From contig PQXB01000001.1 of assembly GCA_003194425.1 (NCBI GenBank), forward strand, positions 30,001 to 62,000: a stretch of 32,000 nucleotides of DNA, written 5' to 3'. Below are positions 15,868-25,377 of this stretch, one piece after another (position 1 is the stretch's first letter; the number at the start of each line of letters is the position of its first letter). A program made the translations under genes and the position numbers. This DNA comes from Candidatus Methanophagaceae archaeon. Its GTDB lineage: Archaea > Halobacteriota > Syntropharchaeia > Alkanophagales > Methanospirareceae. A model generated the notes under the pieces. That model ran no database searches. It had not been told where the DNA came from and worked only from the letters and a program-made list of their open reading frames with translations.

Positions 15868-18800
15868 ATGAGGACGAAGAGGATAAAAGCGGTAAAATTC
15901 GGGCTGCTCTCGCCGAAGGAGGTTCGGAAAATGAGTAGTTCAAAAATAATAACTGCAGACACTTACGGCGAGGACGGCTTTCCGATTGAGATGGGGTTGG
16001 TGAACCAGCGGCTTGGGGTCATCGATCCGGGGCTGAAATGCAAGACCTGTGGTGGCAAAATGGGCGAGTGCCCGGGGCATTTTGGACACATCGAGCTCGC
16101 TGCTCCTGTTATTCACATCGGCTACGCAAAGTTGATTTTCCGAATGCTGAGTGCGACTTGCAGGAAGTGCGGCAAGGTTCTGCTCGGCGAGAAAGAGCGG
16201 AAACGCGTTTTAGACGAAATTGAACTGCAGAGAGAGCGGCAGGCGGACGTGGACGTGGTAGTGAAGCAGGTCTTCAAGGAGGCGGCGAAGACGAGCGTCT
16301 GCCCGTTCTGTGGCGAGCCGAAAATGGTCGTAAAATTGGAGAAGCCCTGCACTTACATTGAAATCGACGAGGAGGAGAGGAAGCGGCGGTTAATGCCGAC
16401 TGATGTGCGGGAGCGTCTTGAAAAGATTCCCGACGACGACCTGCCGCTCTTTGGAATAGACGCGAGGAGTGCGAGACCCGAGTGGGCGGTTCTAAAGGTG
16501 CTGCCCGTCCCGCCCGTGACCGCACGACCGACGATCACTTTAGAGAGCGGGCAGCGCAGCGAGGACGACCTCACGCACAAGTTGGTGGACATAATTCGGA
16601 TAAACCAGCGGTTCGCGCAAAACCGAGACGCTGGCGCACCGCAACTGATAATCGAAGACCTCTGGGAACTCTTACAGTACCACGTAAGCACCTACTACAA
16701 CAACGAAATCGCGGGACTGCCACCCGCGAGGCACAGGAGCGGGAGACCGCTAAAAACGATGGAGCAGCGGTTGAAAGGGAAGGAGGGCAGGTTCAGGGGC
16801 TCGCTCTCTGGGAAGCGAGTGAATTTCTCGGCTCGAACCGTCATTTCTCCTGACCCCGACATTGAAATAGACGAGGTTGGCGTGCCTGAAGCGATTGCGA
16901 GGGAACTTACGATTACGGTTACTGTGACTGACCGAAACCTCGAGGCGATGAAGGAGACGGTGAAGCGGGGGAATAAGCACCCTGGTGCGAACTACGTGCG
17001 GCGGGCGGACGGAAAAAAGGTGAAAGTAACGGAGAGCAACTACGAGTCGTTGGCAGACGAACTTGGCGTCGGCTGGAGGGTAGAGCGACACCTCCAAGAC
17101 GGCGACATCGTCCTGTTCAACCGTCAGCCCTCGCTGCACAGAGTTAGCATTATGGCACACCGCGTGCGTGTGATGCCGGGCAAGACTTTTAGGTTGAGCC
17201 CTGTGGTCTGCGTTGCTGGGGACACGCCAGTTCTACTCGATGGGGAAGAGGCAAAGATTGAAGATTTGAAGAGGCTGTGGGAGGGTGGAGAAAGAGGGGG
17301 AGGAGAAGGAGGAGAAGGAGGAGAAGGAGAAGAAGGAGAAGAAGGAGAAGGAGGAGGGCGGGATTTGCGCGTGCTTACCTGCGACTGGGCGACGAGGGAA
17401 CTCGTGCCTTCTCGGATAAAAGCGTTCCACTGCATAAATCCCGCGGAGTTTGGGCTGAAGTGCTACAAACTCAAGACCGAAAAAGGGCGGGAACTCAGAG
17501 TTACGGAAGACCACCCGTTTTACACCGCTCGCGGCGTGCTGCCCGCGAGGGAGCTGCGAGAGGGCGACAAAGTTGCGAGCTACCCGGTCGAATTCCCGAG
17601 TTTAGAGGTTGAGGGGGTTGAGGATTTGGCGGGTTTAGAGCCGAGAGTTCTGCTGACCGAGGAGGAAGTGCGAGGCTTCGTTCCTGAAAATGCCGACGCT
17701 GAGTACGTGGTTGCGACACTGAAAAATAAGGGGCTGCTTCCTCTACGAGTGGGTTCAAAGACAAAACCAAATTCAAACTTAAGCTCCAACTCAAAGCTTA
17801 AAATCCTCGCTCGCCTCGTCGGGCATATTTTTGGGGACGGGACGCTTGGCTTGGTCAAAGTCGCCAAAGACCGCAGAAACTTCAGAATTTACTTCAGAGG
17901 GGAAATAAGCGATTTAAAGCGGATAAAGGAAGATTTAGCTCTGCTTGGCTTCGAAAGCGGAGAGAGAAAAATCGTAAACGGCGTCTCTAACTGGTTCAAA
18001 CTTGGCTCGCAGCCGCTTGGCGTCCTTCTCGCTGCTCTTGGCGTTCCGGTTGGCGACAGGACTGTAAAAGAGGTGCGAGTGCCGGAGTGGCTCTTTGAGG
18101 TGCCGCTCGCGGTTAAGCGTGCTTTCCTCGCGGCGTACCTAGGCAGCGAACTCTCGTCGCCACTCACAGGCACGAGGAGCAAAAAGCGGTTTAGAGTCCC
18201 GGTCTTCAAAATAACCAAAGCAGAACGGCTCGTTGAAAACGGTTTTGCACTTGCCGACGACTTCGCGAGACTGCTGAAGGACTTCGGTGTCGCGGTCTCA
18301 AGCACGAAATTAGAGAGCGGGAACACTCGCAAGGACGGCACCGTGACGAAGACGGTCGTAGTGGAGTTGAGCAGCGGGTTGGAATCCCTTCAAAATCTCT
18401 ACGGCAAGGTCGGGTTCGAGTACGCGGCTGCGAAGGAAAAACGGGCACGGCACGCCTACTTCTACTTATCCGAGAAGTTGCGAGCGGGGAAGGAGCGAGC
18501 GAGGAAGCTTGAGGTTGCGAAGGCGCTGCGGGAAGAGGGAGCAACGCCGAAAGAAATAGCGGAGCGGGTTGGAATCCCGGAAGGGACTCTTAGTGGCTGG
18601 CTCCACCGTGGCTTCCCGAAGCAGCCGACCGCACCCAACAACTTCCCAGAATTCAAGGAATTCACGAACACCGCAACCGCGGGTCTCAGCAAATCCGGCA
18701 TTGTTTGGGACAAAATAGAGGTTGTAGAGGAGTGCTATTTGGAAACCGCCTACGATTTAACGACAGAATCGGAAAACCACAATTTCTTCGCCTCCAATTT

Positions 18801-20379
18801 GCTAACCGGGAACTGTCCACCCTACAACGCGGATTTTGACGGCGACGAAATGAATGTTCACGTTTTGCAGACCGAAGAGGCGAGGGCGGAGGCGAAGATT
18901 CTGATGGCTGTGCAGCACAACATAATTTCGCCCAGATTCGGCAAGCCAATCATCGGTGGCATTCACGACTACATCACAGGTCTCTTTTTACTCACATACG
19001 GTGAGAAGAAATTTACGAGGGAGGAGGCGTTGGGGATTTTAGAGAAAATAGAAATTGACGATTTGGGAGAACCTGCGGGTGTAGAGGCAGGTGCGGAGGC
19101 AGGTGCGGAGGCAGGTGCGGAGGCAGGTGCAGGGGCAGGTACAGAAGCAGGCGCGAGTGTGGAGGGCGGTACGGAGGGCAGTGTGGAGGGCAGTGCGGAG
19201 AGCAGTGCGGAGAGCAGTGCGGAGGGCAGTGCGGCGAGTTACTGGACGGGGAAGCAAATATTTAGCAGGATTTTGCCGAAGGGGTTGAACTTGCAATTTC
19301 GCGGAATGATGTGTGAGAAGTGCTTTGAGAAGGGAGGTAGGGCTGGGTGGAGGCGGGCTTGCGAGCGAGAGAACTGCACGCGTGAAGGCTACATAAAAAT
19401 AAAGGACGGAGAGTTGGTGAGTGGCGTAATCGACGAGGTGGCGGTAGGGTCGTTCAAGGGCAGAATAATCGACAGGATTTTTAGGCAGTTCGGCGAAGAC
19501 GCGACCAAAAAGTTTATAAAGGATAATTCGCGTCTCGCTACTAATTTTATCCTGCGGACAGGTTTTAGTTTCGGAATAAGCGAGGAGGACATTCCCGCGG
19601 AAGGGCAGTGGCAAATAAAAGAAGAAGCGGTGCGTGCTGCGGAAAGAAAGGTCGACGAGTTGATAAAAGCGTACGAGGAGGGTGAGTTGGAGGCGCTGCC
19701 TGGGCGGTCGCTGGAGGAGACGCTGGAACTCCTGATAATGCAGGAACTCGGTCGTGCAAGGGACGACGCGGGCGGAATCGCGGGGCGGTACTTGGGGATT
19801 GAAAACGCGGGCGTGCTGATGGCAAAGTCGGGTGCGCGTGGCTCGATGCTGAATCTAACGCAAATGGCAGCTTGCGTGGGGCAGCAGTCGGTCAGGGGTG
19901 AGCGAATTCGGCGCGGCTACCAAGACCGCACCCTGCCGCACTTTAAACCCGGCGACCGCAGTGCAAAGGCTCGCGGGTTCGTGCGGTCGTCCTTCAAAGA
20001 CGGCTTGTCGCCGACCGAATACTTTTTTCACGCAGTCGGCGGGCGGGAGGCGTTGGTGGACACCGCGGTGCGAACTTCACAGAGCGGCTACTTCCAGCGA
20101 CGGCTCATTAACGCCCTGCTCGACCTTGAGGTAAAGGAGGACGGGACAGTCCGCGAGACGAGGGACACGGTCGTGCAGTTCAAATACGGCGAGGACGGAG
20201 CGGACCCGTCAAAGGGCGAGTACGGGAAAGTCGTGGATTTGGACGAAATAATAAAAGAAGAAGTCAAAGAAAAAGAAGAAATGCCGAGGGAGAAGGAGAG
20301 GGAGAAAGAGAGGAAAAGGGAAAGGGAGAAAGAGAGGAAAAGGGAAAGGGAGAAGGAGAAGAAAAGGGAAAGGGAGTAG
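15868..20379 (+). CDS. rpoA1: RNA polymerase subunit A' (Rpo1N) interrupted by one intein
   Basis: Zinc motifs [47 protein letters not shown], intein, then [17 protein letters not shown] (catalytic triad), WTGKQIFS and [14 protein letters not shown]. Confidence 0.95.
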   Translation: MRTKRIKAVKFGLLSPKEVRKMSSSKIITADTYGEDGFPIEMGLVNQRLGVIDPGLKCKTCGGKMGECPGHFGHIELAAPVIHIGYAKLIFRMLSATCRKCGKVLLGEKERKRVLDEIELQRERQADVDVVVKQVFKEAAKTSVCPFCGEPKMVVKLEKPCTYIEIDEEERKRRLMPTDVRERLEKIPDDDLPLFGIDARSARPEWAVLKVLPVPPVTARPTITLESGQRSEDDLTHKLVDIIRINQRFAQNRDAGAPQLIIEDLWELLQYHVSTYYNNEIAGLPPARHRSGRPLKTMEQRLKGKEGRFRGSLSGKRVNFSARTVISPDPDIEIDEVGVPEAIARELTITVTVTDRNLEAMKETVKRGNKHPGANYVRRADGKKVKVTESNYESLADELGVGWRVERHLQDGDIVLFNRQPSLHRVSIMAHRVRVMPGKTFRLSPVVCVAGDTPVLLDGEEAKIEDLKRLWEGGERGGGEGGEGGEGEEGEEGEGGGRDLRVLTCDWATRELVPSRIKAFHCINPAEFGLKCYKLKTEKGRELRVTEDHPFYTARGVLPARELREGDKVASYPVEFPSLEVEGVEDLAGLEPRVLLTEEEVRGFVPENADAEYVVATLKNKGLLPLRVGSKTKPNSNLSSNSKLKILARLVGHIFGDGTLGLVKVAKDRRNFRIYFRGEISDLKRIKEDLALLGFESGERKIVNGVSNWFKLGSQPLGVLLAALGVPVGDRTVKEVRVPEWLFEVPLAVKRAFLAAYLGSELSSPLTGTRSKKRFRVPVFKITKAERLVENGFALADDFARLLKDFGVAVSSTKLESGNTRKDGTVTKTVVVELSSGLESLQNLYGKVGFEYAAAKEKRARHAYFYLSEKLRAGKERARKLEVAKALREEGATPKEIAERVGIPEGTLSGWLHRGFPKQPTAPNNFPEFKEFTNTATAGLSKSGIVWDKIEVVEECYLETAYDLTTESENHNFFASNLLTGNCPPYNADFDGDEMNVHVLQTEEARAEAKILMAVQHNIISPRFGKPIIGGIHDYITGLFLLTYGEKKFTREEALGILEKIEIDDLGEPAGVEAGAEAGAEAGAEAGAGAGTEAGASVEGGTEGSVEGSAESSAESSAEGSAASYWTGKQIFSRILPKGLNLQFRGMMCEKCFEKGGRAGWRRACERENCTREGYIKIKDGELVSGVIDEVAVGSFKGRIIDRIFRQFGEDATKKFIKDNSRLATNFILRTGFSFGISEEDIPAEGQWQIKEEAVRAAERKVDELIKAYEEGELEALPGRSLEETLELLIMQELGRARDDAGGIAGRYLGIENAGVLMAKSGARGSMLNLTQMAACVGQQSVRGERIRRGYQDRTLPHFKPGDRSAKARGFVRSSFKDGLSPTEYFFHAVGGREALVDTAVRTSQSGYFQRRLINALLDLEVKEDGTVRETRDTVVQFKYGEDGADPSKGEYGKVVDLDEIIKEEVKEKEEMPREKEREKERKREREKERKREREKEKKRERE
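17209..18813 (+). mobile_element. RpoA' intein (535 aa), LAGLIDADG type with an HTH segment
   Basis: FRLSPVV | [10 protein letters not shown] (block A, Cys1), VTEDHPFY (block B), [14 protein letters not shown] and [12 protein letters not shown] (LAGLIDADG-like), [21 protein letters not shown] (HTH-like), [22 protein letters not shown] | [11 protein letters not shown] (Asn followed by Cys+1). Boundaries were counted codon by codon. Confidence 0.85.
17281..17358 (+). repeat. GGAGAA/GGAGGA microsatellite encoding [25 protein letters not shown] inside the RpoA' intein
   Basis: Read directly from the sequence. Confidence 0.9.
19075..19239 (+). repeat. Two adjoining 12-nt arrays (gcaggtgcggag x~4, then ggcagtgcggag-like x~5) encoding a 55-aa A/G/E/S insertion in RpoA'
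   Basis: Read directly. Encodes [55 protein letters not shown]. Confidence 0.92.
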
Positions 20380-20403
20380 GAGAAGAAAAGGGAAAGGGAG
20401 TAG
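20285..20403 (+). repeat. 24-nt polypurine tandem repeat (~4.5 units) at the rpoA1 3' end, running through the stop codon
   Basis: gagaaagagaggaaaagggaaagg x2, then gagaaggagaagaaaagggaaagg, then gagtaggagaagaaaagggaaagg, then gagtag. 20286-20376 is an uninterrupted 91-nt purine run. Confidence 0.92.
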
Positions 20404-20417
20404 GGAGAGGGCGTAAG

Positions 20418-21842
20418 GTGAAAAAGGAAGAGGCGGAAGAAATAGCAGAACTGCTAAAAGATGGAAAAGGCGATTTTACGGTGGCAGAGCTGACGGTTGG
20501 TCGCGAGGAACTCTTGGAGTCTGGGATTGAGGAGGCACACGCAGCGGACATTTTGAAAATGCTGGGCAGGCGAGAGGAGGGAGGGCTAAAACTCGCGGAG
20601 ATAAAGTCGCGGGTGAATGCCTGCGAGCAGTTGTCGGAGAAGATAAAATCTGAGTTAAATGAGAAGTTAAGGGCAGTGAGGCGAAGACTGAGTGCGGAAA
20701 AGTTGGACGCGATTTTGCGAAAGGTGGAGGCGAAATATGAAGAAGCGAAGGTGGAGCCGCGGGAGGCTGTCGGAATCGTCGCAGCGCAGTCAATCGGCGA
20801 ACCGGGAACACAAATGACTCTCCGCACGTTTCACTACGCGGGCGTGGGTGCAATTTACATTACGCTCGGGCTGCCGCGGATAATTGAGATTGTGGACGCT
20901 CGGAAGAAGCCCTCTACACCTGCGATGAAGATAAAATTGGCAGGAGAGTACGCGACCGATAAAAACAAGGCAGTGCAGCTGGCGATGGAAATTGAGGAGA
21001 CTTTTATAAAGGACATTGCCAAAATAGAAGCTTCTCCGGAGGATATGTCTGTGTGGGTTTCGCTGAATGAGCGGGAATTGGAGCGAAGGAATATTGGGAG
21101 AGAGGAAGTAGTTGCGAAACTGAGCGGCTTAAGTACAGGCACGAAGGCAGGCACGAAGGCAGGCACGAAGGCAGGCACGAAGGCAGGCACGAATGAGAAG
21201 GAGCACGCAGTAGAAATAGAAGAGACAGGAGCGGGCAGATTGCGAATCCCCGTGCAGACCAAATCTTATCACGAACTGCTGAGGCTCGAGGAGAAGGTGT
21301 CAAGCAAGCTGGCAGTGAAAGGAATCAACGGAATAAAAAGGGCGATTGTGAGGAAGGACGACGCGGACGGCGAATACATAATTTACACCGAAGGCTCGGC
21401 GTTGAAGAAGGTGCTGGAAGTGCCGGGTGTGGATTTCCGCAGAACAACGACGAACAACATCGCTGAGATTGCAGAAGTGCTGGGCATTGAAGCGGCTCGC
21501 AACGCGATAATCGAGGAAATGATGGAAACTTTAGACGAGCAGGGGTTGGATGTGGACGCTCGGCATGTAACGCTGATTGCGGACGCGATGACGATGGAGG
21601 GAGAGGTGAAGTCAATCGGACGGCACGGGTTGGCGGGCGGAAAATCGTCGGTTCTCTCGAGGGCTGCTTTTGAGGTCACGGTAGACAACCTCCTGGCAGC
21701 TGCTCTACACGGCGAGCGGGACGAGTTGCGGGGCGTTACCGAGAATGTGATTGTGGGGCAGCCGATAAAATTGGGGACTGGTGCGATTGAGTTGGTGGCG
21801 AGGCGGAGCGGAGGCGGGAGCACGCAGGCAAAAGGGCAGTAA
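20418..21842 (+). CDS. rpoA2: RNA polymerase subunit A'' (Rpo1C)
   Basis: [79 protein letters not shown] start. Confidence 0.92.
   Translation: MKKEEAEEIAELLKDGKGDFTVAELTVGREELLESGIEEAHAADILKMLGRREEGGLKLAEIKSRVNACEQLSEKIKSELNEKLRAVRRRLSAEKLDAILRKVEAKYEEAKVEPREAVGIVAAQSIGEPGTQMTLRTFHYAGVGAIYITLGLPRIIEIVDARKKPSTPAMKIKLAGEYATDKNKAVQLAMEIEETFIKDIAKIEASPEDMSVWVSLNERELERRNIGREEVVAKLSGLSTGTKAGTKAGTKAGTKAGTNEKEHAVEIEETGAGRLRIPVQTKSYHELLRLEEKVSSKLAVKGINGIKRAIVRKDDADGEYIIYTEGSALKKVLEVPGVDFRRTTTNNIAEIAEVLGIEAARNAIIEEMMETLDEQGLDVDARHVTLIADAMTMEGEVKSIGRHGLAGGKSSVLSRAAFEVTVDNLLAAALHGERDELRGVTENVIVGQPIKLGTGAIELVARRSGGGSTQAKGQ
21136..21193 (+). repeat. 12-nt tandem repeat (ggcacgaaggca) x~4.5 encoding (GTKA)n in rpoA2
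   Basis: Read directly from the sequence. Confidence 0.93.
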
Positions 21843-21856
21843 GGAAAGTAAAGAAA

Positions 21857-22348
21857 ATGGCAAAGGCAGGAAATTTAGGGGCAGGAAAAAAGGCGGTTGA
21901 ACTCTCGGATGTGAACAGGGAGTTGCAGAAAGTAGTGAGCAGCGGTAAAGTGCGGTTGGGGTCGCGGAAGACGCTGAAAGCGCTGAGAGAGAGGGAGAAG
22001 GTAGGAACAGGGGCAGGAGCAAGGGCAGGAGCAAGGGCAGGAGCAGGGGCAGGAGCAGAGGCAGGAGCGAAAATTGTCATTTACGCTTCTAACTGCCCCG
22101 CCGAGATAAAAGAGGCATTTACGGGTACTGGTACGAGTACGGGGGCGGAGCAGAGTAAAAACGGTGGCGGAGAGACTATTTTTTACGAATATCCCGCAAA
22201 CAGCCACGAACTCGGGCTTGCCTGCAAGAAGCCTTTTTCTGTTGCTTCTTTGTGCATTCTCGAGACTGGCGGGTCGGAAATTTCTCGGCTACTGTCTACC
22301 TCGAGCGAGGAAAACTTGAAGAAAGGAAGGTCGCGGGTAAGTAAGTAG
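21857..22348 (+). CDS. rpl30e: Ribosomal protein eL30 (L30e) with low-complexity insertions
   Basis: SGKVRLGSRKTLKAL ... AKIVIYASNCPAEIKE ... YEYPANSHELGLACKKPFSVASLCILETGGSEI. Canonical position between rpoA2 and nusA. Confidence 0.87.
   Translation: MAKAGNLGAGKKAVELSDVNRELQKVVSSGKVRLGSRKTLKALREREKVGTGAGARAGARAGAGAGAEAGAKIVIYASNCPAEIKEAFTGTGTSTGAEQSKNGGGETIFYEYPANSHELGLACKKPFSVASLCILETGGSEISRLLSTSSEENLKKGRSRVSK
22004..22072 (+). repeat. 12-nt repeat (gggcaggagcaa-like) encoding GTGAGARAGARAGAGAGAEAGA in rpl30e
   Basis: Read directly from the sequence. Confidence 0.9.
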
Positions 22349-22380
22349 AAGGGGGAAGAGAAGAGGAAAGAGAGAGAAGA

Positions 22381-22809
22381 ATGACCGTAAAGCTGGACAC
22401 TGAGGGAGTTAGGTGCATCGGCGTATTCGAAAGTCTTACGGGTGCAAGAGTCAAAGATTGCGTGGTGGATAACGGGGCGAATAAAGTGACTTTCGTGGTG
22501 AAGAAAGGGGACATGGGCTTGGCAATTGGGAAGAACGGGGCTAACATAAACAAGGTAGAAAACAGGCTAAGAAAAGTTGTGGAGGTCGTAGAGCATTCTT
22601 CAGACTTAAGCGAATTCGTAGAAAATCTGCTTCGTCCCGCTTGTGTGAAGAGCGTTGAACTGCTGACAAAAAACGAGAAGTGTTGCGCGTGCGTGAAGAT
22701 TTCCAAGAGATACAAGGGTGCTGCGATTGGACGAAATGGCGAAAAGATAAAAAGAGCAAAGTTATTGGTAAAGAGAAATCAAAATATAGACAATCTAATA
22801 CTTGTTTGA
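22381..22809 (+). CDS. nusA: Archaeal NusA-like protein (two KH domains)
   Basis: GLAIGKNGANINKVE and GAAIGRNGEKIKRAK are GxxG KH motifs. 142 aa. Conserved position. Confidence 0.87.
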   Translation: MTVKLDTEGVRCIGVFESLTGARVKDCVVDNGANKVTFVVKKGDMGLAIGKNGANINKVENRLRKVVEVVEHSSDLSEFVENLLRPACVKSVELLTKNEKCCACVKISKRYKGAAIGRNGEKIKRAKLLVKRNQNIDNLILV

Positions 22810-22818
22810 GGTGTGCGA

Positions 22819-23247
22819 ATGGGAAGAGGGATTTACGCAGCGAGGAAGGCGAAGAGGAAACGGAAGGAGCAGAGGTGGAAGAGCCCGGACTTTGTTCGGC
22901 GGACGTTGAAGACCGCGAGGAGGTCCGACCCGCTGGAAGGGGCGCACATGGGACGGGCGATCGTCTTGGAGAAGGTAGGGATCGAAGCGAAGCAGCCGAA
23001 CTCCGCGATCAGAAAATGCGTTCGCGTTCAACTAATCAAGAACGGAAAGCAGGTGACCGCGTTCTGCCCCGGCGACGGTGCGATAAAATTCATCGACGAG
23101 CACGACGAGGTGCTGATCGTTGGAATGGGCGGGCGGAAAGGAAGGTCGTACGGCGACCTCTCGGGCGTGCGATTCAAAGTCGTTGCGGTAACCGATGTCT
23201 CGCTGCACGAGTTGGTGAAGGGCAGAAAGGAGAAGGCGCTTAGGTAA
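22819..23247 (+). CDS. rps12: Ribosomal protein uS12
   Basis: [58 protein letters not shown] 22819 sits 6 nt after gaggtg. The in-frame GTG 22813 is the alternative start used by the track. Confidence 0.92.
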   Translation: MGRGIYAARKAKRKRKEQRWKSPDFVRRTLKTARRSDPLEGAHMGRAIVLEKVGIEAKQPNSAIRKCVRVQLIKNGKQVTAFCPGDGAIKFIDEHDEVLIVGMGGRKGRSYGDLSGVRFKVVAVTDVSLHELVKGRKEKALR

Positions 23248-23261
23248 ACTTAGGTGAAGTG

Positions 23262-23343
23262 ATGGCGAGAAGAGAGGAAGAGAAGGGAAGGAGAGAAGAA
23301 AGGGGGAGAAAAGAGAGAGCAGAGATGGAGTGAAGAAGGGAAA
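23262..23343 (+). repeat. Purine-rich spacer between rps12 and rps7, with a 53-nt uninterrupted purine run at 23267-23319
   Basis: Read directly. Contains a 23-codon ATG-initiated ORF in a different frame from rps7. Confidence 0.85.
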
Positions 23344-23904
23344 GTGTTTGACAAAATATTTGAGAAATGGGACATCACGGAAGTGAAAATCGCAGACATC
23401 GGCGTCGAGAGGCACACAAGCCTCCAGCCGGTCTCGGCGCTGCACAGCGGAGGAAGGCACGCCAAACAGCAGTTCGAGCAAGCAAAGGTCTGCGTTGTGG
23501 AGCGGCTCGTCAACAAACTGATGCTGACCGAGCGGAACACAGGGAAGAAGTTGAAGACCTACAAAATCGTTAAGACCGCGTTTGACCTGATTTACGAGGC
23601 GACAAAAGAGAACCCGGTTCAACTGCTCGTTGACGCGATTCAGAACGCGGGACCGCGGGAAGAGACGATTCGGCTGCGCTTTGGCGGGATTTTGGTGCCC
23701 AAGCCAGTGGATGTGACCTCGCAGCGAAAAGTGGATCTTGCGCTGCTTTTTATCGCGCACGGGTCGCAGAAGTGCGCGTTCAAGAGCAGGCGGAGCATCG
23801 AGCGGTGCCTCGCCGACGAAATAATGAACGCAGCGAGGAATGCGAAGTGCTACTCGATAAACAAGAAGGAAGAGAAGGAAAGAATGGCACGGGCGGCGAG
23901 GTGA
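23344..23904 (+). CDS. rps7: Ribosomal protein uS7
   Basis: FDKIFEKWD, HSGGRHAKQQF, VERLVNKLM, NTGKK, ENPVQLLVDAIQNAGPREE, KKEEKERMARAAR. GTG 23344 is the first possible start in this frame and gives an N-terminus like the methanococcal MEIKLFGKWD as I remember it. Confidence 0.9.
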   Translation: MFDKIFEKWDITEVKIADIGVERHTSLQPVSALHSGGRHAKQQFEQAKVCVVERLVNKLMLTERNTGKKLKTYKIVKTAFDLIYEATKENPVQLLVDAIQNAGPREETIRLRFGGILVPKPVDVTSQRKVDLALLFIAHGSQKCAFKSRRSIERCLADEIMNAARNAKCYSINKKEEKERMARAAR

Positions 23905-23936
23905 GTTTCTCTTTTTTGCGTTTATTTAGGTTTAAG

Positions 23937-23944
23937 TTTATATA
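23937..23944 (+). promoter_or_regulatory. TATA-box-like element (TTTATATA) upstream of the TRAM gene
   Basis: The AT-rich tract aagtttatatag lies ~97 nt upstream of ATG 24041, implying a ~70-nt leader. The SD-like aggag lies 10 nt before the ATG. Confidence 0.4.
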
Positions 23945-24040
23945 GACAGAAAAGAAATTATAAAACAGGTGGCGTGGAGGCGTAGTGTAACAGTAGTAGT
24001 AAAGTGCCTCTGCAGCACCAAGAAATAGGAGATCTGAAAT

Positions 24041-24253
24041 ATGGAATACAGCAGAGACAGAGGGGTGCCGAATGCCCCTTTGAATATTGGAGAGACCTAC
24101 GAAGTAGAAATAGAGGACGTAGGGAGAGAAGGCGATGGAATAGCGAGAGTAGAGGGATTTGTGGTCTTTGTGCCCAATACGAAGAAAGGAGACAAGGTGA
24201 AGATAAAAGTAACAAAAGTCTCGAGGAGAGTTGGGTTTGCAGAAGTAGTGTAG
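24041..24253 (+). CDS. Small stand-alone TRAM-domain (OB-fold) RNA-binding protein
   Basis: 70 aa. GETYEVEIEDVGREGDGIARVEGFVVFVPNTKKGDKVKIKVTKV is the typical archaeal TRAM sequence. Confidence 0.85.
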   Translation: MEYSRDRGVPNAPLNIGETYEVEIEDVGREGDGIARVEGFVVFVPNTKKGDKVKIKVTKVSRRVGFAEVV

Positions 24254-24304
24254 TTGCGTAGCTTCTGACCGCGTGGGGCTTCGCTTTGTCTTGCCCCACA
24301 CCAT

Positions 24305-24349
24305 TTAGGGGCTGTTGCCCCTAATCCCTTTTTATTTTTTTGTTTTTTC
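24305..24349 (+). terminator. Hairpin ttaggggc-tgtt-gcccctaa followed by T-runs
   Basis: Perfect 8-bp stem with a 4-nt loop, then tccctttttatttttttgttttttc. Preceded by a second hairpin, gtggggc(13 nt)gccccac, at 24273-24299. Sits between convergent genes. Confidence 0.55.
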
Positions 24350-24950
24350 ACTCAAGCATTTTTAACCCAGAATAAAACCGCTTTAACTTGGCTTTCCCGC
24401 GTGCGAGCGTGAAATTCGCTTTTGAGACGATAAAATCTAGGTGCGGGTCGCTGCAGAACAGCACGCCCCCTTCAGCCAGCGGAACGTTAATTCGCTCGGT
24501 GCTCACGATTTCTACTACCACTTTTCCGTTGTCGTTTGAGTTTGAAATCGTTTTTATGCCGCTGTATTTGAACCCTGACTCATTCGCTACCGCTAACAAC
24601 GCCTTTGCCTTCCCCAAAGTTCTGCACGCCACGTGCAGAATCGGGGACTGCGACAAGAGCCAGACTTCGCCTTTCTCTGCTGTCCCTACCGCTGAACGCT
24701 TCAGCACCGCCAACACTTCTTCCTTCGTTACTGCGCGGTGCCACTTCCCGAGAAACACTGCCTCCCGCTTCGCCCCGACTTCAGGGACGCGGAGCAGAAC
24801 GATTCTGCCCGAGCAACTGCTCGTCGTGAAGAAGTCCTTGAGGCTGTTTAGTCGCCCGATTATTTCTACTACTTCTTCGTCTACTCGCCCCTTCTTCCCC
24901 TCCTCCGCGCGCAACCGCGCAAGCGCCCGCTCCTTCCGCTCTTCAAACAT
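24348..24950 (-). CDS. taw3: tRNA wybutosine/wyosine biosynthesis methyltransferase TYW3/Taw3
   Basis: DFFTTSSCSGRIVLL, FLGKWHRAVT, LLSQSPILHVACRTL, GFKYSGIK. I prefer ATG 24950 over the upstream TTG 24965 used by the track. Confidence 0.85.
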   Translation of the reverse strand: MFEERKERALARLRAEEGKKGRVDEEVVEIIGRLNSLKDFFTTSSCSGRIVLLRVPEVGAKREAVFLGKWHRAVTKEEVLAVLKRSAVGTAEKGEVWLLSQSPILHVACRTLGKAKALLAVANESGFKYSGIKTISNSNDNGKVVVEIVSTERINVPLAEGGVLFCSDPHLDFIVSKANFTLARGKAKLKRFYSGLKMLE

Positions 24951-25043
24951 CAACACCAAGAACAAGCCGAAAAATTTAGAAAATTATTTATAGAACCTGT
25001 TTTTTGTTTTTAAAGATAAACTAACACACCACACCAGCGAAAA

Positions 25044-25313
25044 ATGATAAAAATATTCTTGGCGGTCGGGCTGCTAATCGCACTCACGATATTACTTGCG
25101 TTGTGTCGAACGGTGCTCGGACCCGGCGTCTTCAACCGCGTGGCGGCGATAAATGTAATCGGGACAAAAACGATCGTCCTGCTGGTGATTATTGGGTATA
25201 TTTTCGAGCGGCCGCTCTTCTTTGACATTTCGCTTCTTTACGCACTCCTGAATTTTATCGGGACTTTGGCGTTCGCAAAATATTTAGAAAGGGGAGAAGT
25301 ATGGTCGGGGTAA
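25044..25313 (+). CDS. mnhF: Mrp/Mnh-type cation:proton antiporter subunit F (MbhB-like)
   Basis: 89 aa with 3 TM helices. VLGPGVFNRVAAINVIGTK and LLYALLNFIGTLAFAKYLE match MnhF/PhaF. Confidence 0.85.
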   Translation: MIKIFLAVGLLIALTILLALCRTVLGPGVFNRVAAINVIGTKTIVLLVIIGYIFERPLFFDISLLYALLNFIGTLAFAKYLERGEVWSG

Positions 25314-25330
25314 ATGTCGGGCTAATCGCA

Positions 25331-25377
25331 GCGGTAGGCGGTAGGGTAGGCGGTAGGAAAGGTAGGAAGAAGGTTAG
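25331..25377 (+). repeat. Intergenic GGTAGG(C)-type short repeat between mnhF and mnhG
   Basis: gcggtaggcggtagggtaggcggtaggaaaggtaggaagaaggttag. The ~7-nt unit is not divisible by 3. Confidence 0.85.

Noticed and set aside
20377-20403. The two in-frame TAG codons as read-through or pyrrolysine sites fusing rpoA1 with downstream sequence
   Set aside because: There is no pyl gene or PYLIS-like evidence in the window. TAG is followed by more repeat sequence and then a separate GTG-initiated rpoA2 in a different arrangement. A duplicated stop inside a repeat unit is the simplest reading.
23262-23346. Programmed +1 frameshift joining ATG 23262 to rps7
   Set aside because: GTG 23344 yields an N-terminus (MFDKIFEKWD) equivalent to the methanococcal S7 start as I remember it, so no frameshift is required. 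The uORF or sequencing-error alternatives are listed as a low-interest finding.
13261-23760. Minus-strand ORFs of 145-242 aa opposite rpoB, rpoA1, rpoA2, rps12/rps7 (for example 13261..13863, 19039..19614, 20264..20827, 23032..23760)
   Set aside because: All are antisense to unambiguous RNAP or ribosomal genes. Their repeats (LRT, ALRT, SPFPFSS) are simply the reverse-complement reading of the sense-strand microsatellites.
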